Assembly (NCBI GenBank): GCA_015680685.1
Contig: MNCI01002682.1
Span: 248,001 to 312,000, forward strand
DNA from: Gnetum montanum
Lineage: Eukaryota > Plantae > Gnetophyta
Length of the DNA: 64,000 nucleotides
Reading direction: 5' to 3'
Of this stretch, positions 44,444 through 57,539 are shown one piece after another (the stretch's first letter is position 1; every line of letters starts with the position of its first letter). Under the pieces are notes generated by a model that worked only from the letters and a program-made list of their open reading frames with translations, did not search any database and was not told the origin of the DNA. Position numbers and translations under genes: made by a program.

Positions 44444-46000
44444 GTAACACCATTTTTACCTAACCTAGGCAAAGAAGGTATTACATTGGTCTAACCCCTC
44501 AATCCCTGATCATGGCAAAGATCAACTAACATAAATGAAAAGGAGTTATGCCAATGAAGCATTGAACAATAAAGCATTACTAGAAACAACACTCATGAGT
44601 CATGACCTCACAACAAAAATGAAGATTGATACATAAAAGTTGAAAGCAACAAGAATGAATGATACAATGTATGCATACATATGCAAAATAAAAGTGAGGT
44701 AAAGTAATAACTACATGATATCATCGAGTATAAATGAAAGACAACATGATAAGCATGATATAACTAAAATATGATAACTAATAATCTAGATAAAGAAACA
44801 TTATGTACATAAATATATAAAAGCCGCTAATAAACATGATCTATGGAAATGCATCTAATAACATCAAATAATATCTAGTAGAAGCTACATAAATATAAAC
44901 CTAGGATTACACACCCCTTAGCAAAATATATCTCAACTAGCATGTATAAAAAATATCCATAAGCAAGATAAGCATACTAACAATATCCTAACATAGGAAT
45001 AAATATTAGCATTCTAGAAACTATAAGGATAATGGTAAATCATTTTGTCATTCAAGTAGAAGTTTGTTACTATAAATAATAACTTTTAACAGATCTAATG
45101 TCTTTTGAATAGATCTAATGTTTTTTTAGTAAATCTAATGTTTTCTAGTAGATTTGATATTTTAACTTCCAATAGTTCATTTATAGTTATTGGTCAAGAT
45201 ATGAAAATAATTTATTTTGATAACGTTAATTTTATTAACAAGGTAAGTGCCTCCTCTCTCTCCTTCCAGTAAATCTTTTCATGGAATATTCGATTTCCTA
45301 ACTTAGAGGGGATGTTTTTCAAGATTGGTTGTAAGGATGAAAACATGAAAAGGCATAACCAAAACCATTAGGCCTTTTCTTTTTGTTGATTTGGAGTTTC
45401 TTCTNAACTATAAATGGCAGAAAGTAAATCTAGCCTACCACATTCTATCATAATAGTGTGTCCAAGTACATAGAGGCCCATAGTTCATACATCTATGAAT
45501 AATGATCATAGTCATAAATTACAATAAGATCTAAAATAAATATCAAATCTTCTATATTTAAAAAAACATAAATCATAATCATAAAGCCTCTATGCATGGG
45601 GCCCACTAACTCCTCTAGTAACATCATGACTTGAAATATAAGAATAGGTTAGTATACAGCTGAGTGAGATGCTTGCATCTTTCTTGATGAAACTAAGTGT
45701 AAAGGCCATAAATCATGGGCTTGTGCAAGGGGATACTTTGACCTATAATAACATCAATCAACATGCAAATCCACACACAAACCAATCAGTAAAATATACA
45801 TCACATACAAAAATCATAAGCATGAAATAAAAGATAATTCTCACCACTACCATTATACAACTAAGGAGACTAACACACAATACGCTTAATGTAAAGTATA
45901 AAATAAGTTAAGATGTGTACTTGATCCAAATCCAAATATATAAAACTAAACCATGCTTACATGACTTCATTATTGATTTTAGCAATGGTGGAACTTTAAC
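44444..46000. mobile_element. Degenerate LTR fragments (Tekay-like terminus TGTAACACC)
   Basis: Terminal motif at 44444 and A/C-skewed LTR-like composition; boundaries are approximate. Confidence 0.4.
45089..45165. repeat. Minisatellite, about 20-bp unit x4 (AGATCTAATGTYTTTT...)
   Basis: Visible tandem units. Confidence 0.75.
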
Positions 46001-46899
46001 CATGGGTAAATAGCCTTGATGTTAAAGGTATTAAACATCCCTCTTATGAACAATGAAGTATTAACCTACTTGTAAGACACTTGATTTGGAAGCTCCAGGC
46101 CATGGGTTGATTCTAGTTGGGCAATGCTAAGTTATATAAAGTTTTAATTGGACTATATATCTTGGGGTGTACCTATGTTTTACTTATTTTGGGTTCCAAC
46201 ACCGCAAAAATGTCCCTCTAATGTTATAGAGGTATATAAAAACTAGAGAGATTAAACATACACACTTTCCTATAGGATGGGGCTTGTAGTAAGAGTTTCA
46301 TTGATGCATTTACTAGAGGTTAGTTAATAACACTTCAAGATTCCAAAACTCATTTGTTGATTTCAATTCAAAGGGAAAGGTTAATGACTTCTCTCAATGG
46401 TTTGTCAATCTCAAAGGTTTTTGGTGGAGTTTTTGTAATAGAATTCCATTTTTCTTTTTTTCTTTTTTTTGACAAGGAATGATTTGAAGATGAAAAATAT
46501 AAACCATAGAGAGTATGGAAAATTTTGAAATTTTTGATTTTGGTTTACCTAATGATTTGTGTGAATCCCTATCAAAAGATATTACTACATGATACATATT
46601 TCTGCATATTATTGGATTTATTCACCTAAATAAGTGGTTTACACAAGTGATTCAAGTTATCCTTGACTACTATGGAATTAACGTTTTGCATGCTCATTAT
46701 CTTTTTGAATATTTTTTGCTTATCCAACTAGCAAATTCTAAAATAGTTGAGAAATCATTAGATCTTCAAGTGTTTATGGATCTACATAATACTTTTATTA
46801 CCCAGCAATGGAAAGTGCATTTTGATCCATATTCTTCTAATTATTCTAAAATTCCTTTCTAGATTGAATTAGAAATCTTTCTCTTATTTTTTAAAGTGT

Positions 46900-49800
46900 T
46901 GAAAGTAAAATTGTTGGTAGCATTGGCACAATATCGAAGATAGAGTCAAAAACATTACTAGATGGTGTGTAGCATGCACATTATTTTATAGAAATTGATT
47001 TATGACAAAAGAAGACAAAATTAAAACTCAAGGCTAGTACTCAGTATTTTTCCCAAAAAATTACATATTATAATTTATGAGGATGTTACACCTATTATTG
47101 TCATGAAGGCCACCCCAAAGGTATCTCATTCTCTTTCTACTTTTGCTATTGTTCCAAATGTTTTTTTTTATCTAATAATGCTTTTCACTTATTAGTAATA
47201 TGGAATGTAAGACAAATGATGAGCTTGAAAAATCAAAGATGGGAGCATCCTTCCCCACATCTCAATGTTAGTTTTATCATGGAATGTTTTAAACCTTTCT
47301 AATAAATCTCATGCAAAGATTGTTGGGGATTATCTTTCAAACTAGCATTTATCTTTGGATTTTCTTTTCCTACAAGAAATTAAGATTCTAGCTCATGATA
47401 TTAGTTTTGTTGGTAAATGTATTTTAAAAAATTGCATTGTTTTTCGGTCTTGCTATTCGTATTAATAAAAATTAAACCGGAAAACTTTTGAATTCTAGTT
47501 TTGATAACCTTGGAAGAGTTATTTGGATTATTTGTCATAGTGAAAAATGTGACTTTGGACTATGTAATATTTATGCTCCTACTAATTCAAAAGATCGATA
47601 AGAGGTTTGGAAATACCATGTATCTCTAAGTAAAGTTCCTTGGATTATTGGAGGTAATTTCAATATGGTTGAAAGTCATTTAGATAAACTTGGTGGTCTT
47701 CCTCCTAATATATCTTCTCAAGAAAGAGAAGATTGGTGTAATTTTAAAGAAAAATATTTTCTTTTTGATGTTATCTCTTTATTCTCATCTCATTCGAATG
47801 AAAAGCATTTTACTTAGTGTAATTATTAATAAGGAAATGATAAAATTTATTTTTGACTTGATAGATTTTAAATCTGTAATGTTTCCTTTTGGAAGCCTAC
47901 AAAGAAAGTTGAAGTGTATAAAGATGTTACTTTGTCACATTGTTTTCCTATGACCATTTATCTCTTATATTAATTCTTTATCCTTTCAAAAGCATGAACT
48001 TTTTGTATGAATACTAATATGTTTATAGAACCCAATGGAAAAAATATTATGAAGTCTTTATAGAATATAGGGAAAAAACCTACTAGTGATATTGGTTAGA
48101 TTGACTGGTGACAATGAACTACTTGTAGAGTCAGAAATTATGCAAGATGAATTTGAAACCAATTTGCTAAGTGTAAGCGTTAAGTTGAAGAAGATCTAGT
48201 AAAATTTGTAAAGTAAATGCAAACTCTTTTAGACTAAAATCACTTTGATTTTGAAACTTAAAAAGCCTTGGATAAAGCTCATTATGCTAAACAATGTTAG
48301 GATACTTTTGAAGCTAAACGTGCTCTCACTAAAAGTTGTATAGTTTGGCTAAAAATTGAAGATGAACATTGGAAGGAATTTTTTAAATTTCTAAAAGGAG
48401 ATGATCAAGTAGGTAAATTAGAATCACTTTATACAAATGATTCCATCATTAAAGATCTTAAGACTATTAATAATTTTTAGTGAATCATTTTTCTTATGAT
48501 GGTTTTAGCAAGGAATCCTTCCATGCCTCTAGCATGCATATTACTCATCTTATAACAGAAGTACATCAAAGTATTCTTGAAGCACAAATTATAGTGAAAG
48601 AAATTAGAGTAGTAGTCTTTAGTTTAGTAGATGGTAAAGCTCTAGGTTTTGATAGTTTTCCTATTGAATTTTTTAGGAAGCATCAAGACATCATTGGAGA
48701 TGATCTCTTTTATATTTTTTAAGAAACCATTAAAAAAGTTTTTCTTTGTAAAAATAGTACTAAATGTGTGAATTGTATTTTTCCTAAGAATGGAGATCTT
48801 TAACATATTGGTAATTAGATGTTTATTATTCTTCTTAACAATACTTATAAAATTTTAGTAAAATACATAGCTTGCCAAATTCAGAAGGTTATTGAAGATA
48901 TCATCAAACCTAAGTAAACTAGTTTTGTTAAAGGTAGACATATCTTAATAATGTTATTATAGCTTGGGAGAAAATGTAGTGGGCTTATGATGCTAATCAA
49001 GACATTGCTTTTATTAAGTTATATTATGTCAAAACTTATGATAGGATTAAATGAAAATTTATTATTTCTCTTCTTTATAAACTAGGATTTAATGATTATT
49101 TTATTTTACTTATCCATACCCTTCTCACTAATGCTAATGCTTAAGTTGGTTCTAATTTTGGATTAAGCTCCTCTATTTCTATTCAATAGTTAGTTTGTCA
49201 AGATTGTTCTCTAACTTCATAACTTTTTACTATTACTGTAGATTTTCTTGCACATAATATACATTATGATATACTAAGGAATTTCATTAAGAGAATTTCT
49301 ATTGATGATAAAGATGCACAATTACTTAACATACACTTTTTTTACGATCAACAATTCTCTGTAGCATATTAATACTCTTTTACCTAGAGTGAAGGATGAC
49401 TTCATGTTATTTGGCTCTTAGATTAATTAGCAAAAATCTACTATTTATTGTAATGGCAATATTGATAAGTGGGTTACTCTCAAGCCTTGAAAAATCTTGA
49501 AAAAATATTTTGTCTTCAGAATTTTAGGAATATCTTTCTTTTGAGCCTAATCTTACTATTTTGTGGAATTATGTGGTTAATAAAATTGAAAATAAGCTTG
49601 ATAAATGGAAAGAAAAAAACCTCACCCTTACTGGAAAAGTTTTAGTTATTAAGCAAATGCTTCAATCAACTCATGTTTATTACTCTAGTTGTTGGGCTCC
49701 TTCTAAAACTTCTCATGAAAAAATTGATCATATTATAAATCACTTCCTTTGGTCTACTAAGCAACATAGAAAAGGTTTTTCTAAAGTTTATTAGAATATT

Positions 49801-51960
49801 TACACTATTAGCAAGATAGATGGAGGACTTGGCCTTATTAATTATTATAACCAAGGTATTTCTCTTGAAGTAAAATTGATTACAAAGTGCATTAACGGAG
49901 ATAACATTTGGATGCTACTTTTAAGAAATAGACTTATGTAAGGAAAACCTATAAATGATAATGGTTTCTCTTCTAATAACTTTCTTCATTGTCTTCTTTT
50001 TCCTTAGGTCATTTCCATTCTTGGTTCTCTAATTCTTAAAAAAAAATTGGAAGACATGATGCAAGCTTAATAAATATTGGAACCACAATTATATTTAATG
50101 AGTGAAGAGATACCCCTACACCCACCCATACGAATCACAAGCATTCACGCACGATTCGGTCAAATCTATGGATGGGACTAGTCGTGGCATCTAGATCATT
50201 ATGCCCTAATCACAGTTTGTTGTCTTCCCACTTGGACTAGTGGTCTCTTTATCATGTATGGTTTAGTCTAGAGTGAGGCATGTGATTCTTAATGTTGTTC
50301 GATCATAAGCTACTCCTAATGATAATAAAGACATTACTTGTTTAATCTAATTAACAATGAAAAGTAAAATCTAATCTATCCTATGGGTAATGAGTGTCCA
50401 TTCCCAGCTTACTATACACATCTTAAACCCATGTATCCACTACTTTGATTACCAAGCGCTATGCTACTAGACAAACCAAACAATAACGTTGCTAGGGTTA
50501 CCAAGCGAATATGTGTTTATGCTCGAAATTGGTCGTGCTCATTCCGCCAATTCTGTAATATGCATGGAAATGTAAATATTAACTAAGTACATGAAAAGTA
50601 AATTACATGGAAAGTAAATATAATCTAATTCAAAGTACTACAATGAATAAGAATCAATCTTGATCTTATTGCTGTTCATGGAATGTGTCCAGGTACATTG
50701 CCACTCAAATAAGATGTCGTACAACTAACTTAGATCCACACTGCGGGCACTCACTGACTATTCTCTAAGACTATGAAATAAAATTGCAAGAGTTTGGCTA
50801 CTTTATTAACATAACTTATGCCCAAGTGTTACATTTATAGGCTGGCACACATTTTACGATATAAGATATTTGACATCACTTCTTGGGACCTGATATCACG
50901 TATCTGATATCATGTATCCGATATCATGTATCCGATATTGAAGTTAGGGAAAATGCAATTCATCAACATTACAATTTTAGAAGATATGCTTAAGCAAATT
51001 AGCCCATGTTGGCTTCATTTTAATGAAGGGGCTTGGTTACTAATGCATCTCAATTGTGTACCACTTGGAGTAGATTTGATATCATTACAGTTTCTTGTCT
51101 ACGTATGCATGATAGATGGATTATTTGGAATGAAGCTTCTAGACTTTATGGTTTAAACTGAAAGAGGAAAAAAATTTAAAAATTTAATTTGTAATCTTGA
51201 GAATTAATTTAATGTTGATAACAATTTGCATCAAGATTTTCTAGATAATTTTTCAAAGAATAGAATATATGTTTTTCCTTTTAATTCAAAAGTTGCTTAT
51301 GAGATTATTACAAAGAATGATTTTATTTTTAAAAAATTCAATAAGGCTTAGAAAATGTAATTATCATTATACTTTTGGATGAAAAAAATAAAAGATGTTT
51401 AAAGAGCTCCTACATTTCCTAAAATTCATATTTTTTTATGGTGCCTTATTCATCAAGATCTTCTTATCCACACTCATATGGAAAATGTTTCTCCTCAATT
51501 CCCTCTTTGTAGAAGTGAAGACTCATTTTCTCATGTGTTTTTTTAGTGTCATATTGCTCAAAATTCTTGGAAATGAATATCCAAAATTTGTAACAACTTT
51601 CAACCAAGCATCAACGAAGTCATTCTTGGTGATCAGCTTGTTTTATCTACTTCATGTCTTTGCATTTGGAATTGTCTTCGGCTACTTATTCTCTACTCTA
51701 TTTGGATGATTTGATGTGCAATTATTTTCCAGTAGTAAGAGCATAACTATGACCTTTCTTCAAGTGTTAAATACCATATTCTCAAAGATGTCACTTTTTA
51801 GGTACAACTTCAAGCAAAAAGCTCCTAGTGAAAGCTAAACAATTAATTTGTTTTCTAGAGTATTAACTGATTTCTATTGTGAATGCTCAAGGATGTGAAG
51901 ATTTTAAATTTTTTCATAATTTGTTCTTCATCTCTTATTGATGTATTCTTTTTTCTTGTT
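46900..51960 (+). mobile_element. Degenerate L1-type LINE (endonuclease, RT, C-terminal region), interrupted by a solo LTR
   Basis: CNIYAPT and WIIGGNFN endonuclease motifs at 47560-47670, KALGFDSFPIEFF at about 48640, LLNNTYKIL, KLDKWKEKNLTLTGKVLVIK..YYSSCWAPS, GGLG; many stops. Confidence 0.85.
50096..50965 (-). mobile_element. Solo LTR of the Athila-like family
   Basis: Homologous to LTRs A and B, ends TCATCA, TSD ATATT / ACATT (one transition), no PBS or PPT adjacent. Confidence 0.88.
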
Positions 51961-52507
51961 CTTTATAAGAAATCCTTTAGTATGAAGTGAAAAACTGTGA
52001 GGACGCTTCTTAATAAGGGCAAGACCTTATCATTTTCCTACCTCATATTTTCAAGATTGGTTGTAAGGATTAAAACCTACAAAGGCATCTCCAAAACTAT
52101 TGGGCTTTTTTTATAAACTCATATCTTCGATGATATGATGTACTTTGAATTTTTTTAATATTATTTTTTATTTTTTTGGGGTCATGCCCTCCAACTTAGC
52201 ATTACCCACCAAAATCAAATCCATAACTTGGAGTTTTTAATGCAAGAGTCTTACCATTAGGCCAATACCTTATTGTTATATTGATGCAAAAGCATACTAT
52301 TAAATAATTGATACAAGTGACTTCATATTATGCTTTTGCAACACATTATTTAGATTTCAAGTGAAACTTTAATTACTAGGTAATCCAAAATTTAAATAAA
52401 TACATGTTATGATATAAATTAATAATCAATGACTCGTATACATTATTACAAAGAATAAAATCAAGCATCTTATTTGTAATAACATCACTAAAACAAGGTA
52501 TGACATA

Positions 52508-53419
52508 TGATGAGTAACAAGTATGTCCTACTCCCAACCATATGATCTACCAGCATTATATTAGATCATATTGTAATCCATAGATGGAGCTAGTGAAGTA
52601 TCTAGATAGTTAAACATGAGCTCACATGTCGTTATTTCTTACATATATTTTTAGTAGTTTTTAATGCATATGGTTAAGTATAGGTGAGACACAAGATGAT
52701 TGATGTTGTTTATCTCTTAATAAAACCAAGTAAAAATATAAAAATTAAGTAATTAATATAATAAATAGTAAAGTAAATTCTAAGCTAGCCTAAAGTAATA
52801 AGTGTTTAATTCCTAGCTTGTAGTACATATTTCGAACTTACATATCCACTATTGGAATTACTATGTGTAATGCTACTAGGCAAGCTAAGTAATAACACTA
52901 TTAAGATTACCAAGAGAATACATGTTTATGCTTGAAACTCATTGCATTTGTTCACCCAATAATTAATGTACATAAAAATATAAACATTAAGCTAATTTCA
53001 TAGAAATTAAATGATAATGACACTAAATTTAAACTAACTTAAAGTATTGTAATGAATGCGAATCAATCTCAATCTTATTTCCATTCATGAATTACATCCA
53101 GGTATAATCCACTTAAATAAAATATTGTATAATCAACTCATGTTCACATTGTGGGTACTTATTGACTAGTATAGGAATTGAAAAATGAAACTATAAGAGT
53201 TTGGTCATGCTATGATGGAATGATGTTATAAATAAGGTAGATGGACCATATTTATAGACATTTATTATAGTTGCAACATCATATTTAGCCAATGATGCAG
53301 TTTTGAAGTTATCTAACTTATTTTTCATTAATCCTAAGATAAGGGCTATGCTAATGTTTCCTAATGAAACATTAGCTTAACCTTAAGCTTTCTAGCATAT
53401 GATGTATGATGATTCATCA
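52508..53419 (-). mobile_element. Older 3' LTR of the same family with adjacent PPT
   Basis: TGATGAGT start and TTCATCA end followed by TACCCCCA, as in element A; strongly AT-drifted. Confidence 0.75.
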
Positions 53420-54100
53420 TACCCCCAAGAATTATCAAAAACTCATCTTTAAGTTGTACAAAATGGACAAAGTCTAATTATAAAAACTATAAGATGAAGA
53501 GGACTAGATAGATTGACATTATAAGAACTTTGTCACATTACAAAATTTATTCAAGTGATTGTTACAAAAATTTTATAAAAATTTAAATATACATAAAATA
53601 TTAATAAAACTACAAGAGATCTTCAAAAATCCATTGACATCGAATCTTCATGTAGTTTGAGGCAGTGGTGGTTCTTCTCTTGTGGCTCTTCTATCAACTC
53701 CTATTCTTTCATGTGAAATTTCTAAAGGATGGATCAAAATATTTCATCATTAATTCATAAATATTTAGGTAGCGAACATGTGATGTTCAATCTTTAATTC
53801 TTTTATATACTAATTGTCCATGGTTATGTCCTTCTCTTCACCTCTTCTCGCTACCTTACAAAAGATCTCTTACCTATGAAACTCTTTTTGTTAGTATTTA
53901 TAGTCATCAAAGGTCAATGCTAATTTTGGCAATTTTTCCTTAGTGTTCAAAGCCTTTTCAAATTCTTAATTAGATTAAAATTTTAAAAAATTGATTTTCA
54001 AGCTTAAGATGATTCTGAAATTGCATTTCCAAGTCCTAAGGCAACTAAAATATCAAATTATTAATTAATTTTAGTCCATTTTTTCATTAATTACCTTTCT

Positions 54101-54830
54101 TCATCATCATCCTAGCCTTTTTTTTTAACAAAATGGCATCAACTACATGAGTTCTTTCCCATCATTTTTTTATGAAGAGTTACATTTTTTTTATTTATAG
54201 TTTCTTTAAATTATCTTTGATTTTTCCCATGTCTTCTTTGATCTTCCTTTTGGTGGCTTTCTTGGAACAATGATGTAGCAATCTTTGTTTATAGGATCAT
54301 TTTCTAATCTTCTTTATACATGTCCAAACCATCTAAGCCACCATTTTTGTAGCTTATCTAAAATAGAAGCCACTTCAAGTCTTTCTCTAATATATGTATT
54401 ATGCAGTTTATCTCTTTTGGTAACATTCAATATATATCGAAGCATTTCTATTTCTACCATACTAATTTGTTATTCATGCCTCTTTTGTACTACTCAACAT
54501 TTAACACCATATAAGATAGTAGGTCTAATTGTTGTCCTGTAAAATTTCTTCTTCAATATTGTGAGTATTCTTTTATCACATAGAGCACGACTAGTTTGTT
54601 TTCATTTTAACCATTTTGCCTCAATTATATTTCTTATATTTTTATTAATTTTACCGTTTGACTAGAGGATTGATCCTAAGTAGTGTAATTGTTTGTAGTA
54701 AGGGATTTTTTTTACCTTGACTTGTCATTTTTATTTCATCACTATTTATGTTGTTATGAAAATTGCATTCAATATATTTTGTCTTACTTTTGCTAAGTTG
54801 TAAGCCTTTTGATTCTACACCATGTCTTCT
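54101..54830 (-). mobile_element. RTE-clade LINE, 5'-truncated
   Basis: ESKGLQLSKSKTKYIECNF matches the RTE RT C-terminal motif; 3' end AAGGCTAGGATGATGATGA is a short-repeat tail. Confidence 0.8.
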
Positions 54831-55742
54831 CTCTCTGGAAAAGAGAAAAAAATGGTTAAGTCTTTTTAATGTTAATATAATCAACGTACTAAATTTTAAC
54901 ATAATGTCATTCACACTTACCATATGACATGAAAAGCTTGGAACTCGTCACTTCCTTAATCCACTTGCAAACATTTGCATCAGTCAAAACTAGTTTGCTC
55001 TTTGGTGAAGTGACATCCGCTAGAGGTGGAGAAGGAATCTTAAACTCTAATAATCGATATCTTTTTCTATCCCCACCATATTATTCTTCTTGATTTGTTT
55101 CATAGAGGTTTAAGTTGAAGAGTTTAGAAAAAGACATACTTTCATCATCCTTTGCATTTTTCTCTAATAAAAAAAAAGTCATGTAATAAATCTTTTTCCT
55201 CTTTATTCATACCTTACTTTTGGCCTTCAAGAATTGAAGGAAGGCTAGAACGTAGCCTCTTTGCTTCACATTCCAACACTATTCTATCTCAAGCAGCTTT
55301 TGCAATAAAAAATAGCTAATTGTTACACTTAGCTAAAAAATAATAACAAAAACACAAAAACACATAACAATACTTACTTATTTGTATCTCTAATTGCTTA
55401 TGGGAGAATTTTACTTTTGATGTCTTGGAGGAGATTTCCTTCTCATAAAGTGGTTTTTTCTTTATTGATGCATGTTCCTTTTCCATAGTTTTAAAGGTGC
55501 TCTTTAAAATCACCTCCTTACCTACTTCTATGTCATCACTTTTTTTTTCTTTCCAGAGTTTCTCAATGCTATTAAACACTAAAGACCCAACCTCTTATCT
55601 AGTCTTTGACATTGACATCAAAGGACTACCACCTCTAATGTTATAGGCTAACATAACACTTTCAAAATGTTGGCATAATGGGGGCTTGAAGTCTACTTCT
55701 AAAGTAATGTTATCTTGCTTCTTTCCTCCATAGGTACATTAT

Positions 55743-56536
55743 TGATGAACCGCGATATCAGATCAACCATGCGATATCGGATACCCGATATAGCGGCCCG
55801 TCTCCTTGCCTATAAATAAGAGGTGGCACCCTTGGTTTCCAATAATTAGAAGTTAGTTCCTTAACCAAACTCTTGCCATTTTTAACCTCCAGAGTTAGAA
55901 TTATTTTTGCGTGCCTGCAGTAGGAGTCATATAGTGAACGGATCTTTATTTGAGCAATGTGTACCTGAGCACACTTTGTGTATGGAAATAAAGACGAACT
56001 TTATGATAAACCTTGCAGCATACAGAATAGATTAATTAGTATTAATTATTATTTAATGCTTTCCTAGTTAATTAATGATTTCTCTCACCTTACAAATCTC
56101 TTAGTTAAATACACTCAGTATGACCACTTCGAGCATGCGTGCAGTGCTTGGTAATCCAGTAACGATTAGCCTTTGGTAATCGTAGTAGCATTGCACTGGT
56201 TCAAGATGTGTACGGTAAGTGGGAATGGATACTGGCGTTAAGAGTACTTAGAACTTAGTTAATGAATAGTTAAATTAGATTAGTTACTTAGTTATTTCTC
56301 TCTCCCCCCCTTATTAGTGTAGGATATAAAACACATAAAATTCATAAAAATTATATGCCTCAAGCTTACTTAACCATAAAACTATGACATACAAGTAAGT
56401 TTGGGAAGACAACGATTAATCAACCCGTTATTGTTCCACAAAGGCTCATAGGTACTTAGTCCTTGGAATCCGAACGGATCATGCGTGAAACGCTCATATT
56501 CATATGGTTGAGCATAGGGTACCTCGCCACTCATCA
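55743..56536 (+). repeat. 5' LTR of element C
   Basis: TGATGA..TCATCA termini, CCTATAAAT at about 55809, 3' terminus GGTACCTCGCCACTCATCA shared with element A. Confidence 0.88.
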
Positions 56537-57539
56537 TTGGTGTCGTTGCTGGGGACTTAGTTGTTTATGCGCTAAGTAGAACTTAGGAAATCATTCACAT
56601 CATTGGAACGAACCCTTAGGGTTGATTAAGAAAAAGATAATAGTACATTACACACTGAACAAGACAAGATGTCTTCTTCTTCGCACAAAAGCACTTTACC
56701 ACCTAGGACTAACACAAGAAGTAATCGGCGGCAAGATACACATGACGTTGATCCGTCAATTCATCAACAGTTTCGTGTGGTATATGTTCATCTCGATGAA
56801 TATGTACCCGACTTCACCTTTATTCTCCACCAAGATGAATAGCTACGTTGGTGTGACTTGAAAGGTAACATAGTGTTACCTCCTGACTGTTCAGTTCCAA
56901 GTATGCTTCTTTGTGCTCTCACACAAATAGACATGCAACACTTACACACAGAGTACATTGCGCAAGACTATGATTCAAGAGACTATGGTCCCATCGAAGT
57001 GCAATGTCAAAGGGATTTGTAATAGGAGAGAGACCATAAGTCCTTGAAGGGGAAATGGTCTAAGGATGCCCCCCACATTTTAAGCGAGATTGAGGATGAT
57101 GAACCTGCCTTAGGTAGTCATCCACATAATGATGTTCCTCCCCTTGACTTTGGCCAAGGGGTTGTGTATCATAACCTTCATTCTACTATTCACAACCCAG
57201 GTGCTAATACCAATAGACACAAAGTGTCCGAAAAAGGAACAAAGACACATGACAAAGGTGGGCATTCTGATCGCAATCACGATCGAGGTAGAGACCACCG
57301 AAGAAAAGGTAGTAGACATCGTCATGGGGGCGGTTCTCCTTCTTCTTCACCTTCATCGTCTCCTTCATCCTCTCCTTCCATGTCTAGATGTAGCCATAGA
57401 GAAACAAATCATGAGGATAAGGGAAAACAAAGTTGAAGTCATAGAGGAGACAACCAAGATAGAGGATGAGGGCACTCTAGGAATTATGCCATAGAAGAAG
57501 GGAGAGTAGGGAACCGTGTAGGCATCATAGATGCTACGA

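Noticed and set aside
45405-45405. Ambiguous base n
   Set aside because: A single assembly ambiguity with no biological inference.
50890-50940. CRISPR-like array (also considered for 45089-45165 and 23666-23926)
   Set aside because: These are head-to-tail tandem units with no unique spacers, no cas genes and a eukaryotic context.
52215-52268. tRNA gene on the minus strand
   Set aside because: Only degenerate box A/B-like remnants are present, with no complete cloverleaf; more likely a SINE head.
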